A stretch of 64,000 bases of DNA, from the NCBI GenBank assembly GCA_951406725.2, contig OX597828.1, positions 49,848,001 through 49,912,000 of the forward strand, given 5' to 3'. The translations under genes and the position numbers were made by a program. Below are positions 39,537 through 51,922 of this stretch, piece after piece. The stretch comes from Octopus vulgaris (lineage: Eukaryota). Under the pieces are notes generated by a model, which was not told the origin of the DNA, ran no database searches, and saw only the letters and a program-made list of their open reading frames with translations. Numbering within the stretch: position 1 is the first letter of the stretch; every line of letters starts with the position of its first letter.

Positions 39537-40799
39537 CACCATTATCATTTAATGTCCGTTTTCCATGCCGGCATGGGTTGGACAGTTTGACCAGAGCTGG
39601 TAAAGCCAGGTGCTGCATCATATTACATTGTCTGCTTTGGCATGGTTTTTATGGCTTGAGGCTCTTCCAAATCCCAAGCACTCCACAGTGTACTGGGTGC
39701 TTTTTACATGGTACCAGCACTGGCATCAATTCTGCTGTGGCAGGCGGGATATATCATCATCATCATCATCATTGTTTAACATCCGCCTTCCATGCTGGCA
39801 TGGTTTGGACAGTTTGATAGGAGCTGATCAGGTAAAACATTACACCAGGCGTCTGTATCTGTTTTGGCATAGTTTTTATGGCTGGATGCCATTCCTAACA
39901 CCAACCACCCCACAGAATAGACTGAATGCTTTTTACGTGGCACCAGCACAGGCAAGGTCAATTTTGGCATGGTTTTTACAGCTGGATTATCTTCCAAATG
40001 CCATCCACTTCACAGTTGTGGATGCTTTTTATGTGGCACCAGCACCGGGAGGGTCACCAAGTAACTTGTAAGACAAGGAATTTTTGAGAGGAGTGGGGGG
40101 CATTGGAGTAGGTGATCTTTTGTCAGATGTCTTGCTAGAGAGAGAGAGAGGGTGGGAGGGAGTAAGAGTACAAGAGAGAGCAGGAGAGAGATGGTGATGA
40201 AGTGCCAAGGTATGCTCACAAGGAACAGAAATCAGAGCATGGATGAGATAGTAGAATAAGGAAGGGAGAGATAAAGGGTGGAAATTGCCAGGGCATGCCC
40301 TTAAGCTATGGAGGTCATAATATATGTGGCCAGGTATAGTTTTACATGTGTGTGTGTCTGTGTGTGTATATATATATGTGTGTGTTGTGTGTGTATATAT
40401 ATGTGGTAAGTAGCTTGTTTACCAACAACATGGTTCCGGGTTCAGTCCCACTGCGTGGCACCTTGGGCAAGTGTCTTCTGCTATAGCCTCGGGCCGACCA
40501 AAGCCTTGTGAGTGGATTTGGTAGACGGAAACTGAAAGAAGCCCGTAGTATATATGTATATATATGCATGTTTGTGTGTCTGTGTTTGTCCCCCTAGCAT
40601 TGCTTGACAACCGATGCTGGTACGTTGATGTCCCCGTCACTTAGCGGTTCGGCAAAAGAGACCGATAGAATAAGTACTGGGCTTACAAAGAATAAGTCCC
40701 GGGGTCGAGTTGCTCGATTAAAAGGCGGTGCTCCAGCATGGCCGCAGTCAAATGACTGAAACAAGTAAAAGAGTAAAGGAGTATATATATATATCTCCT

Positions 40800-40985
40800 T
40801 TTCTACTCTAGACACAAGGCCCTAAATTTTTGGGGGAAGGGGTCAGTCGTTTAGATCGACCCAGTATGTAACTGGTACTTAATTTATCGACCCTGAAAGG
40901 ATGAAAGGCAAAGTTGACCTTGGCGGAATTTGAACTCAGAATGTAAAGAAAAACGAAATATTGTTAAGCATTTCGCCCCGTTTGC
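40800..40985 (-). mobile_element. Family A SINE
   Basis: Reverse complement of the unit at 2551. More + copies at ~43417-43600, 49015-49225 and 58945-59175. Confidence 0.8.
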
Positions 40986-41787
40986 TTATGTTTCTATATA
41001 TGTGTGTGTGTATATATATGTGCATGTATATATACATACATATATGTGTGTATACGTGTGTGTATATATATTTAGGTACCGCCTGGACGATGCCAGCACC
41101 GCCTCGACTGGCTTCTGTGCCGGTGGCACATAAAAAGCACCATCCGAACATGGCCGATGCCAGCGCTGCCTTGTCTGGCTTCCGTGCCGGTGGCACGTTA
41201 AAAGCACCAACCGATCGTGGCCTGATGCCAGACTCCCCTGGCACCTGTGCAGGTGGCACGTAAAAAGCACCCACTACACTCGTGGAGTGGTTGGCGTTAG
41301 GAAGGGTATCCAGCTGTAGAAACACTGCCAGATCAGACTGGAGCCTGGTGCAGCACCTGGCTTCCCAGACCCCAGTCGAACCGTCCAACCTGTGCTAGCG
41401 TGGAAAACGGATGCTTAACGATGATGATGATGATGATGATGATGATGAGTCAATTTCATATCATCTACATATATTTCAATTTCTTACCTTAGTTCATATT
41501 TTGTAATTAAGATTGCTTTATGCATTTAGAAGGTAACAATCTCATCAGGGCAGGAAATGACAAAAACTCATTCTCATCCTAATGGATGGAGAGTTGCTTA
41601 TATATATATATATATATATATTGTGAAATATTTGCCACCTAAATGTGGCTGACCCATATGGTACGATGCTACTGTAGCTTATAGCCCCAGGAAGACATCT
41701 CCTCCAGCTGGTTAATGTCACACTATCTATGCCCGGTCAGTATTTGCAAAGGGAAATCATCATTCCCATCTCTAGTGTGACGTGATA

Positions 41788-41832
41788 CACACGGAACCGG
41801 GTTTCTGGGTAATAACCTGTCATCAGCGTGTG
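41788..41832 (-). ncRNA. Hammerhead motif in insert ~41621-41945
   Basis: cacacg-CTGATGA-ca ggt tatt acc ca-GAAA-cccggt-TC-cgtgtg. 6-bp helix I, mismatches in helices II and III. Confidence 0.65.
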
Positions 41833-42548
41833 ACAATCACCAGTTAGGGAGGAGAAGTGATTTCCAACGCAAATACATCTGCTTTTTCCAGTGACAAAAA
41901 GTCGCTGATCCTGAAAGAGGAGAAACAATCAATAATAAGTCTTAGATGGTTTGAGTGAAAACTGGGAAGCTGCAGCAGGTTCCAATCTGATTTAGTGTGG
42001 TTTCTATGGCTGGATGCCCTTCCCAATGCCAACCACTTTGCAGAGTGTAGTGGGTGCTCTTTATGTTCCATTGATGTGACCCTGGCATCAGCCATGACTA
42101 TGATCTTACCTGACTTGACAGGTCTTCACACATATATGCACACACACACACACACACGTATATACACATATATACACATGTATATATGCATGAGTATACA
42201 CACATACACATTATCATCTTCATTCTATGATTACTTTCCATATATATATATATATATGCATATATACACACATAGATGTACATGCCTACATATATATATA
42301 GGCATGTGCATCTATGTGTCTATATATGCATATATATATTATATGTATATATACACACATACACACACACACACATTCATACATACATATATACAGACAT
42401 ACAGTCATACACAGGTATGGTGATACAAACATGAAAAATAGAACTCAAAATATGAATATATGTATATTTGGCACTTATAAAGTTTGATAAGTACCAACTC
42501 ACAAAACTCTCAGACCTCGAGTCACCTTGTTACTTTCGCTAAATATTA

Positions 42549-42588
<40 letters not shown>

Positions 42589-42589
42589 C

Positions 42590-42836
42590 AGTGTGCACTA
42601 TTATATATTCGTCATGGCTGATCTTAGCAATCAGTCTCACACTGAGTATCAAGCCAGATGTTAGATAACAGCATGGGATTAAGTAATACAGCATACTCAT
42701 CAGAACTGGCAGGTATGGTAAAAATGTGCTTTGATGAGTGCACAGTATCACTTGCTGTTATCTAGCATCCAGTTTAATACCTTGTGCTAAACTGGTTGGT
42801 AAGACTGGCTGTAATGGATATATAATATTGTACACT
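42590..42836. mobile_element. Old MITE-like palindrome
   Basis: ~110-bp imperfect inverted arms, for example GATGTTAGATAACAGCA / TGCTGTTATCTAGCATC. Confidence 0.6.
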
Positions 42837-43595
42837 TTGCTTCATATACCCACTCTATTGTCAAACATATGAATGTATATATTTTCTGACTTTGGATTCT
42901 TACTCACACACACCTGTGAAGATATTTGTATTTATATACATGTACAGGCACATAAAAAGCACATACAGGCACATAAAAAGCACCATCCGAACGTGGCCGA
43001 TGCCAGCGCCGCCTTGGCTGGCTTCCGTGCCGGTGGCACGTTAAAAGCACCAACCGATTGTGGCCGATGTCAGACACCCCTGGCACCTGTGCAGGTGGCA
43101 TGTAAAAAGCACCCACTACACTCGCGGAGTGGTTGGTGTTAGGAAGGGCATACAGCTGTAGAAACACTGCCAGATCAGACTGGAGCCTGATGCAGCCCCT
43201 GGCTTCCCAGACCCCGGTTGAACCGTCCAACCTGTGCTAGCGCGGAAAACGGACGTTAAACGATGATGATGTACATATAACAAATAATAACAATGTCTTT
43301 AGAGTAAGAGCTATATCAAAATAATGTAAACCTACCTTAGGTTACGATGTAATCAACTTAACCCTCCCCCAAAATCCAGGCCTTGTGCCTACAATAGAAA
43401 GGATTATTATTGTTAAGGCATTAAGCTGATGGATCATTTTCATGCTGGGCAAAATGCTTAGCGGTATTTTGGCCATCACTATGTTCTGAGTTCAAATTCC
43501 GCTGAAGTCGACTTTGCCTTTCATCCTTTCGGGGTCAGTGTAATCGACTTAATGCCTTATCTCAAATTTGAGGCATTGTGCTCCCAGTAGAAAGA

Positions 43596-43644
<49 letters not shown>

Positions 43645-43714
43645 GGTTATGCAAGTTGCAGAGAGAGAGAGAGAGAGAGTGAGAGTGAGTGAGTGAGCTA
43701 TAACCTAATTAATT

Positions 43715-44975
43715 AGGAACTGAATTAGACTAGATGAGATGTAGTTTGATTTTGTGTCAGGGAGAAGTACTATGGTTGCCATCTTCCTAGTAAGACAACT
43801 GCAGGAAGAGTATCTTACTAAACAGAAACCATTGTACTTGACACTTGTTGATCTGTAAAAATCCTTCAACAAATTTCCTCACTCTCTGATCTGGTAATTT
43901 CTGAGGAAGCTAAGAGTAGACAAATGGCTTGTTAGAGTCATACAAGCCATGTACAGAGGTGCTGTCAGTCGAGTGAGAGTCGGCCACAAGTATGGCAGTG
44001 AATTTAGTATACAGGTAGGAGTTCACCAGGGCTCAGTACTCAGTCCCCTCCTAGACCATAACAAAGGAATTTGAGACAGGCTGCCCTTGGGAACTATCAT
44101 ATGCTGATGACCTCATTCTGATAACAGAACTGGAAAAGAAATTTCACGTGGGGGAGCAAAACTTAAAATGAAAGGAGCCTTAAAGTAAACTTAGCAAAGA
44201 CCAAGGTTGGGTAAATAAGAAAAAGAAAAGGATTCCCTTCCTGTTAGGATATGGTCCTGCTCAATATATAGGAAAGGTGTCATCAGGAATTCTATTTGGT
44301 GTACCCAGTGCAAGGTATAGACATATAAGAGGTGCAATGGAATCACAGGAAGGTTAACAGAGAAGGTAATCTTTGTATGTGGCAGATGTGCAGAAAGAAT
44401 AGATGCTAAGGACACATGGGACACACAATAAATGCTAAGGACCAAATAACCAGGAGGCTCCCCAGAGGTTATGGATAGTTTGTTATTCAGGTGTCCTAAT
44501 TAGCAGTGGAGGAGGATGTTCTGAAAGCATAGTTGCTAGGATAAGAATAGGATAGTGAAAGTCCTGAAGGCTATTACTTCTGTGGGCAACAAAGGGTCTT
44601 TCTCTCTCTGAGTGAAAGATAGATTGTATGATGCTTGTGTACAAACAACTATGCTACATGGGAGTGAGACGAGGGCCCTGAATGTAGAGGACATGTGAAA
44701 ACTTGAGAGGCATGAAGCTGGTGCACCTCCAATGGACGAGCAATGTTTGTGTGCATGTGCAACAAAGTGCAAATGCATTGAGAGAAAAATTAGGCTTAAG
44801 AGGAACCAGATGTATCATGCAAGAGAGAAGACTGCATTGGTCTGGTCATGTGATATGTATGGATGAAGACAGCTGTATAAAGAAATACCGATCTCTTAAA
44901 GTGGGTGGATCTTGTGAAAGAGAGAGAGAGACCTATGAAGACATGGGATGAAGTGGTGAGGACTGATTTCAAGAT
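43715..44975 (+). mobile_element. Older, degenerate RTE LINE fragment
   Basis: Colinear with 29155-30420 (GVHQGSVLSPL, YADD, Zn-finger remnant). Many indels. Confidence 0.8.
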
Positions 44976-45419
44976 GTACCTCAAGATGTTGTACCTCTTT
45001 ATCTCCCTTCCATCCACCCTTGCATAATGTGGAGGAAGCCATGTGTCTTGTCTGTAACAAGCCACCTGTGCTTGTCCCTTTATCTTATTCAGCCTTCAAT
45101 TCCTGGCATTAAGCCATCTCTCCCTCTCTCAAATACACTCCCACTCGGTCAAGGGAGCTTTCTCCTTTTTTTTTTCTACTTGGTCTTGCAAGTTACTTGG
45201 CAACCTCACTAGTGAAAAAAAAGCACCCAGTACATACTATAAAGTGGTTGGTATTAGTAAGGACATCCAACTGTAGAAACTATGCCAAAGCTCACACTGG
45301 GGCTTTTTGTAGCTCTGTGGATCATCGGACTCTATGGAACTGTCCAATGAGCCACAGACCCATGCCAACCGATGCCAGCAAGGAAAACAGACATTAATAG
45401 TAATGATGAAGAGAAAAAC

Positions 45420-46641
45420 TGTGATGGCAGTTTTGTTATGTTGAAAATGTGCTGTAACCAGGTGAAATCTACTGTAATTGTGAAGGCTAGCACTTGTAGC
45501 AACCTTGAAGGTCCTGGTTTTGTTTTGTTCATGTTTATGGCTGAGGAGGGGGTAGAATCTGTGTCAAGTATCAGTTTTGACACACATAGCAAGAATGTAT
45601 CATCATATCAAGGTGGTACATTCTTGATGTGTTGTGATTGTATCTTTGTTCTGTTGGAGGAGACAAGATTGGCATCACTCCATTGGAGGTTATTTTAGAG
45701 AGAGAGAGAGAGAGAGAGAGAGAAGCGTTTGGTGAGGGTAGAGGTTGTTCTGGAGTTCATTGAATGTAATGGAGAGGATATTGTGAGGGCTGGAGATCTT
45801 GTTGGTTTGAAGTAATTAGAGGTGTTTTTGCATGGTTATGATCAGGGCTGGTGCTAGGAAGTGTGGGGCCCAATGACAGAATTATCAATGGGGCCCTCAA
45901 TTCTACAAAAGCTGAAGATTGATGCTTTATACTTCATGTAATATGCCAGTACCAACAAACAAGCATTCAGGGCTTGAGGTTCTACCATGTACCACAATGA
46001 TATACTAAAATTTCATCATAGCATCCTCTGTTCAAGCATTTGCACAAGAACCCTCTCTTAGCATGGGGCCCAATTTGAACAGATTTGTCTAATTGGCTTA
46101 AAACTGGTCCTGGATATGATAGGGCAGTGGTCAAATGATCTGATGGGTTCTGCAGAGGTTGAGTTTTCAGGTGAGAAAGAGAACACCCATATTTGAAATG
46201 TGTGTATGTTGGTCAGGGAAGCATGTTAGGGGATGAAAGTAATTGATGTAAAGAACTGAAGATAGTAAAAGATTTTGTTTCCACACCAATGGCATCAGTA
46301 AGGGCTGTGTGAGAGCCAAGAAAGGTTGAGAGTTGAGATGTCAGCACTTGATACAGCAGGAAGAGTTATCATCAAAGAGTTATTTTGTAGTCTGTAGGGA
46401 TGCATCAAGGGTGTTACAACCTTATTCATATGCCTTTAATGGAGGGAACTCTTCTAAAGACCGCCATAGGTTAGGTTCTGGTGCCAAACTAGACAGTACT
46501 TCTAAGCTCTCTAGCTCAGAATAAAAGGGGACCTTCTGTGGGTTCACTGACCAGATGGGACTGACAGCACATGACAAGATAACTCCATGTATATGACAAC
46601 AGGGTGAGACAACAATTCTCTAACAATGTGAAAAGCTACTG

Positions 46642-46650
<9 letters not shown>
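45420..46650 (-). mobile_element. Highly degenerate LINE ORF2 fragment
   Basis: MNKTKPGPSRLLQ...LQHIFNI resembles the pre-RT KapGpD...l..lFn motif. Confidence 0.4.
45843..46112. mobile_element. hAT-like MITE
   Basis: CAGGGCTGG...CTGGTCCTG ends, 8-bp TSD GTTATGAT/GATATGAT, internal GGGGCCC repeats. Confidence 0.65.
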
Positions 46651-46673
<23 letters not shown>

Positions 46674-46889
46674 AGATATTAAAGACAGCAGTGTCAAATG
46701 AGTAGACTGAAAGAGTATAGAGAGAGGCAGGTGGCAGATAGTTATTCTCTTCACATTAACAGTTTATAGCCAGGGAAATCATTTAAGCAATCTATAAATA
46801 AATTCAATGGTCACAGGTTAACAGAAGTGGAAGGTAATTTGTTCTTTTTTAACAACTCTTCTATCTCTAAACGATATTGTCATATATAT

Positions 46890-46933
<44 letters not shown>

Positions 46934-47119
46934 TAAGCAATTAAGGGTTTAGCAACGAATTGCCTCACCACACACCGAATTTAGAAATAGCAGTCAAAGA
47001 GTTATAGCTATTCCTTCTACTAAAAGGGAGATCTCAGTAAAAACACAGCACTTGAAAGGCAAACACAGACAGGTAAGAAAGAATGAAATGACGGCAATCT
47101 ATCATACAATTTTAAGTTA

Positions 47120-47210
47120 CCTACGGACGTACGTTTCGAAATCAAGTTTTAGGAAAGCATAAGAATTAGAAAATTCTACCTTACCCAACTTCTTTTCTCA
47201 TCAGCGTAGG
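47120..47210 (-). ncRNA. Type I hammerhead ribozyme with intact core and long helix II, in insert 46933-47435
   Basis: cctacg-CTGATGA-gaaa...tttc-GAAA-cgtacg-TC-cgtagg. GUC cleavage predicted between + positions 47126 and 47125. Confidence 0.8.
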
Positions 47211-47432
47211 ATACTACAATTATGAATAATTGTATATTAAATTTTGAGATACTAGAAGGCATTATCTCAACTCAGTGTCAGAGCGAGCCAAAGCATTACC
47301 AGTACCACTAAATTCAAAGTGTGAATGAAAGTTTGTGTCACCAGCCCCTTTCCACCCGCGTGTAGCCAAGACAAGATGCTGTGGTCATTTACTGGGATAA
47401 AATATGGTTATCAGTAACAATAAAGGGTGAAA

Positions 47433-47497
<65 letters not shown>

Positions 47498-47551
47498 CTC
47501 AGTAGTTGATAAATCTTAAAACAAGTACACTCAAAAATTTAGAGCAGTAAC

Positions 47552-47645
47552 ACTTAAAAGAGTGTTGGTTGTGCCTGGTCAGAGAGTGCACAACCAATGG
47601 TCACTCACTCTCTGACTGGCTATAATAACCAACAATCTTTTAAGT
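47552..47645. other. 94-nt imperfect hairpin
   Basis: Stems ACTTAAAAGA/TCTTTTAAGT, TGTTGGTTGT/ATAACCAACA and GTCAGAGAGTG/CACTCTCTGAC. Confidence 0.6.
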
Positions 47646-47649
47646 TATA

Positions 47650-48159
47650 TCTATATATATAAAACTGTAGTTGTGTGAATGTCTGTCTCCTACGATTTAG
47701 ATTCCTAACTCCTCCCACATTTTGCGGTGCAGTTTAACCAAATTCGGGTATCTTATAGTTGTGATTAATATCAAGCCCGTCTGAGTATTAGCGCGTGTCT
47801 ACGATGAGTCTATGATTTTAAAAATAATTTAACATCATTTTTTATTCCATTTTAATGCATAATTTTTCGTGTGTCGATGGCGGCGGAGTTGGCGTCCATG
47901 GTCACACCTGCACCTGTTTGCTTCTCCCCCTTCTTCCCTCCCTCGTGAAGCTGTGGGGAAGGGAGTGTAAGGAAATCGTCGTAATGCGTTGTCAAGGAGA
48001 CCAGCGTTCTTTTAGAACAACGACTTCATGGCTTGAAGACACCAAAACAGAAATGGCTAAGAAAGCCCGAATTGGCATCTATAAAGGAAGTAACTCTCTA
48101 AAAATGCTTATATAGTTATTTCCCTTACAAACCCGAGCAACGCCGGGCGATACTGCTAG
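47650..48159 (+). mobile_element. Non-autonomous Helitron
   Basis: A|TCTATATATATAAAAC...CCCGAGCAACGCCGGG hairpin..CTAG|T. Termini shared with 12414-12806. Confidence 0.85.
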
Positions 48160-49499
48160 TATATATATAAAGACATTTCAGATTTATAAATATTGATATG
48201 TCAATTTCAAGAAGAGCACAGCTGGTTTAAGAATTGAATATTTCAATATAAGATTTTTTTTTTAACAGGAAGCATCATCATTATTAGTTTTTGTTGAATT
48301 TGTAACTTGTTGATACAGATGTTACTTTAGATGTGGCTCTGTTTGCTGTGATGTGCCATATCTACAGTGTGACACTTGTACTTATATTCCTTGGCAGGTC
48401 TCTTTTCTTTTCAGTATTTATAGATAGTTGTCAGTATTTATAGAGATAGTTGATATGAAAATAGATCTCTGAAAGTAGAGAATGAGTATTTGCTGCTTTG
48501 CACATGTGCATATGTGTGTGAAAGAGAGAGGAGTATAGGCAGGGGAATATGTTTCACATGCCACCATAAAATAAAACAAGTTTCAAGGGAAGCAGTCATA
48601 GGTGGATCAGAATCAACAGTTGGCTTTCTTAGTAATTTAATCACGTTTTCATATCCTCAATGGTGTTCTTAGAATCAGAGAAGTGCTGAACTTGCAGTAT
48701 TTCAGTTGTGTACTTCTGCATGCTGAGTACAAACCCTGAAACAGTTCCTTCTGGGTTGAAAATAGTTGTCAAAAATATAATGGCTTGATTCAGTAATTAA
48801 TCATGGTTCCAACTTCAGTCCTATTATATGATACTTGATAATATAATAGTAATAATAATAATGAGTTTATTGTATACAGTGCTTGGGTGTACTATAATGC
48901 ATTAGAAAATGGTTAAAAAAAAAGGAAACAAAAAATAGCAGTAAGTCAAATAAAGAAAGGCAGCAAATGATAGCCAAAATATAAGTATTGTAGACAAGAT
49001 AAAACACAATAAGGGGGTGAGCTAGCAGAACCGTTAGTATGCTAGGTGAAATGCTTAGCGGCATTTCATCTGTCTTTATGTTCTGATTTCAAATTCCACC
49101 GAAGTCAACATTGTCTTTCATCCTTTCAGGGTCGATAAATTAAGTACCAGTTGCATACTGGGGGTGATCTAACCGACTGGCCCCTCCCTCCCCAAAATTT
49201 CAGGCTTTGTGCCTAGAGTAGAAATGATAAAACACAAGAAGACAGAAAAGTGAACATTGAAAGAACCATGAAAAGGAAAGGGTGCATAGGCACAGCAGGA
49301 GTAATGTTGATGAATTTCATGAAGCCTGAAACTTTTGAAGGATAATAATGTCCTGTCATAGCTGAAAACCCGATGTGGTTTGCTTATTCTGTGCTTTGAC
49401 AATACTGAGTATGAAAAATGTTTCTGAAACTCATGTGTGTTGGATTGCTTTTTGATTTTTATAAGCATGTCAATGAGGGGTAGAGATATTAAATTCAAA

Positions 49500-50900
49500 C
49501 TGGCCAAAGTTGTTGGAAAGGTGGTGGATAATCTTGTGGGCTTCTTCCAAGCCAGCTACTAGGTGTTTAAACTTGTGTCGATGCTTCTGAGAATTAAGTT
49601 TCAAGATATGGTAACTGACGGAGAGTATTTGTCAGGTTGCATATCTTTAGGCAGCTTCCAATAGATCGGCATTCTGCACAAGTTGCAGGATCACACTGGA
49701 GATGCAAGCTGTGTGAATATACCATAGTCTTTAGCCTTATGTAGCTTTCAATAGATAGCTGGTAAGTTGTTAGCCTAGGTTTTACTGAGTGATGCTAAAC
49801 CATCTTTGGCGTTTTTGACAATTTTAGAAAAGTGGTTTATCCAACATAGATCATCGTTGACAATAATGCTATGGTTACTTTCACTAACAGTGTTAAGGTT
49901 GGTATTGTGAAATGAGTTGGTAAATTGTAAGTTTTCCTTCCTAAAATGTATAGTGATGGACTTGTCTACAGCAGTCTATTGTTGTATTATGCCCAGGTAA
50001 GTTTGCAGGAAAGATCTATAGTGTATAGGATCCATTTTATTATCTCAAGATAATTTGATGAATTGGCCACAGCAGCTGTTAGGAATAACTTAGAATGTAA
50101 GGGTTGAAAAAGGCTATGAGAGGTTCAAAAGTTTCAGAGTGTTTCTCTGACACAAGACTCCATCAATTTGGCAATATAGCTAGTGAGACGGACTGGACAA
50201 TAAATGACAAGTGATGTGTAGTTCCCCTTTTTAAACAGGCAAAATCCTGGCAATTTTCCACTATTCTGGGGTAATACAATTATTAAGGCAGAATAGGAAG
50301 AGGAATGAAAGCTGGTGCTGTGAAAAGAGGCTACTGCATTAGAAAAGCAGATGAATGACACCATCAAGACCAGGGGAAGCACAGTTGCACACATACTCGA
50401 GGTGGCATCACACCATTGCTGGAGTAAATTCAACAGATTTTATGGAATTTGGTGTCATTTGTGGAGAAGATAGTATCTTTGGATTTTTCATAGTAGAAAT
50501 GCCGGAAAAACATTTGGTATTAAGTTCTTTGTACTTTTTGGCATATCATCATTAACCTGAAGTGAGAGGATTGTGCAGAGGGCTAACTAGAGAGTTACTC
50601 CTCTGTTTTAAATGCGCATATTTCCAGAACACATTACTATCAGGGTTGGTTGCTATGCATTGCTCAGTTCTAAGCTCTGCTTTTTCAGTTTCTTGCTTGA
50701 TATGCTTGGATGCTCTGTTGCACTTTTCTCTCTCATCCTCTGTTCTACATAATCTGTATTCACATTCAGCATCTCATCCTTTCTGAGCAAGGTGAACTGC
50801 TGCAGTCTCCAAAATTTCACTTTTCTTATGCATTTATGTGGTACTTGCAGTCCAGATTGAATTGAAGATGTGCTGAAGGAAACTATTAAAATCTCTGAAG
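49500..50900 (-). mobile_element. Degenerate CR1/L2-type LINE RT fragment
   Basis: LFKKGNYTSLVIYCPVRLTSYIAKLMES resembles KKG..NYRPISLTS..KlmE. Confidence 0.55.
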
Positions 50901-51017
50901 CTGTTAAGTATTTATAATATTCTGAAGTCAGTAAAATAAATATACCAGTTATATATTGAGGTTGTTTTATTTAGTCACAGTACACTCCTTCAAAAGAAAG
51001 GGAAAACGTTATCTAAC

Positions 51018-51409
51018 ATTTTGTTGTGTCTGGGGAGAGTCATACTGCCTTGATATCTAACACACCAGTTCAATTTCTGAGTCAACATCCATTGGCAAAG
51101 TTGCAAAAGCAGTGAAAATTTTTGAAAGGCACACACAAACAAAAAAGCAACATATATATATATATATATATATATAGCTGATCGACTTAAGCGGGGCAGG
51201 GTCGTTGTTTATTTATAATGCATTCAGGCCTGCTGATGAGTACGTAAGTATGAAATCACTGTGATACAGGTCTATATTTTTTAAATGTCTTACTTTGAAA
51301 AATTGCATTCGGTGGGATTAGTAATATTTTTGGTATAAATGACTAATTGTCCCTCTTAGCGTTTGGCATGTATGTATAATGCCTTCTGGCATGTATGTAT
51401 AGTGCCCTC

Positions 51410-51459
<50 letters not shown>

Positions 51460-51537
51460 TGAGTGGAAATTGAACTGGTGTGTGTGTTATAGTTATATTT
51501 ATTAAAGCAGTATGAGTCTCCCCAGACACAACAAAAT
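51018..51537. mobile_element. Fold-back element of the 11124 family with a nested (TA)n-HHR insert
   Basis: Inverted arms ATTTTGTTGTGTCTGGGGAGA / TCTCCCCAGACACAACAAAAT. Internal GTTGCAA..GCA.TGAAAATTTT is shared with the 11.2-kb copy. Confidence 0.65.
51226..51273 (+). ncRNA. Canonical minimal type I hammerhead ribozyme in insert 51177-51409
   Basis: aggcctg-CTGATGA-gtac GTAA gtat-GAAA-tcac t gtga-TA-caggtct. All core nucleotides intact. Cleavage predicted after 51266. Confidence 0.85.
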
Positions 51538-51596
51538 TAACTAACACTACCATGAATCAAATCTATTAGCAAGTAACTACAAGAAATACATACACA

Positions 51597-51801
51597 TGAG
51601 GGGTTGCTGAAAGTTCCTGACTTTAAGGGTATCACAAAAGGCCTGGTTGGAGGCCCAGCCTTCCAAGTTCTTTTACAGGGTTTATCTGCTGTAATAAGTG
51701 TGTGAAACTGAGATGGGTACATGTCAAATAAAATCATAATTAACTGATATCTTCCAGTATTTTCTTTTATCCAAAGCTAGGAACTTTTAAGCACTTCCTT
51801 G
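51597..51801. mobile_element. mariner-like MITE
   Basis: Imperfect TIRs TGCTGAAAGTTCCTGACTTT / AAAGCTAGGAACTTTTAAGCA. Confidence 0.5.
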
Positions 51802-51865
51802 TAGGTTTGGAATAAATGTACCTCCACTAAGTCCATTCTTCACTTATAATATTTGTGTATGTGTA

Positions 51866-51922
<57 letters not shown>

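Noticed and set aside
41505-41555. Minus-strand CTGATGA followed by a GATTG/CAATC stem
   Set aside because: The stem is followed by TTAA rather than GAAA, and there is no helix I.
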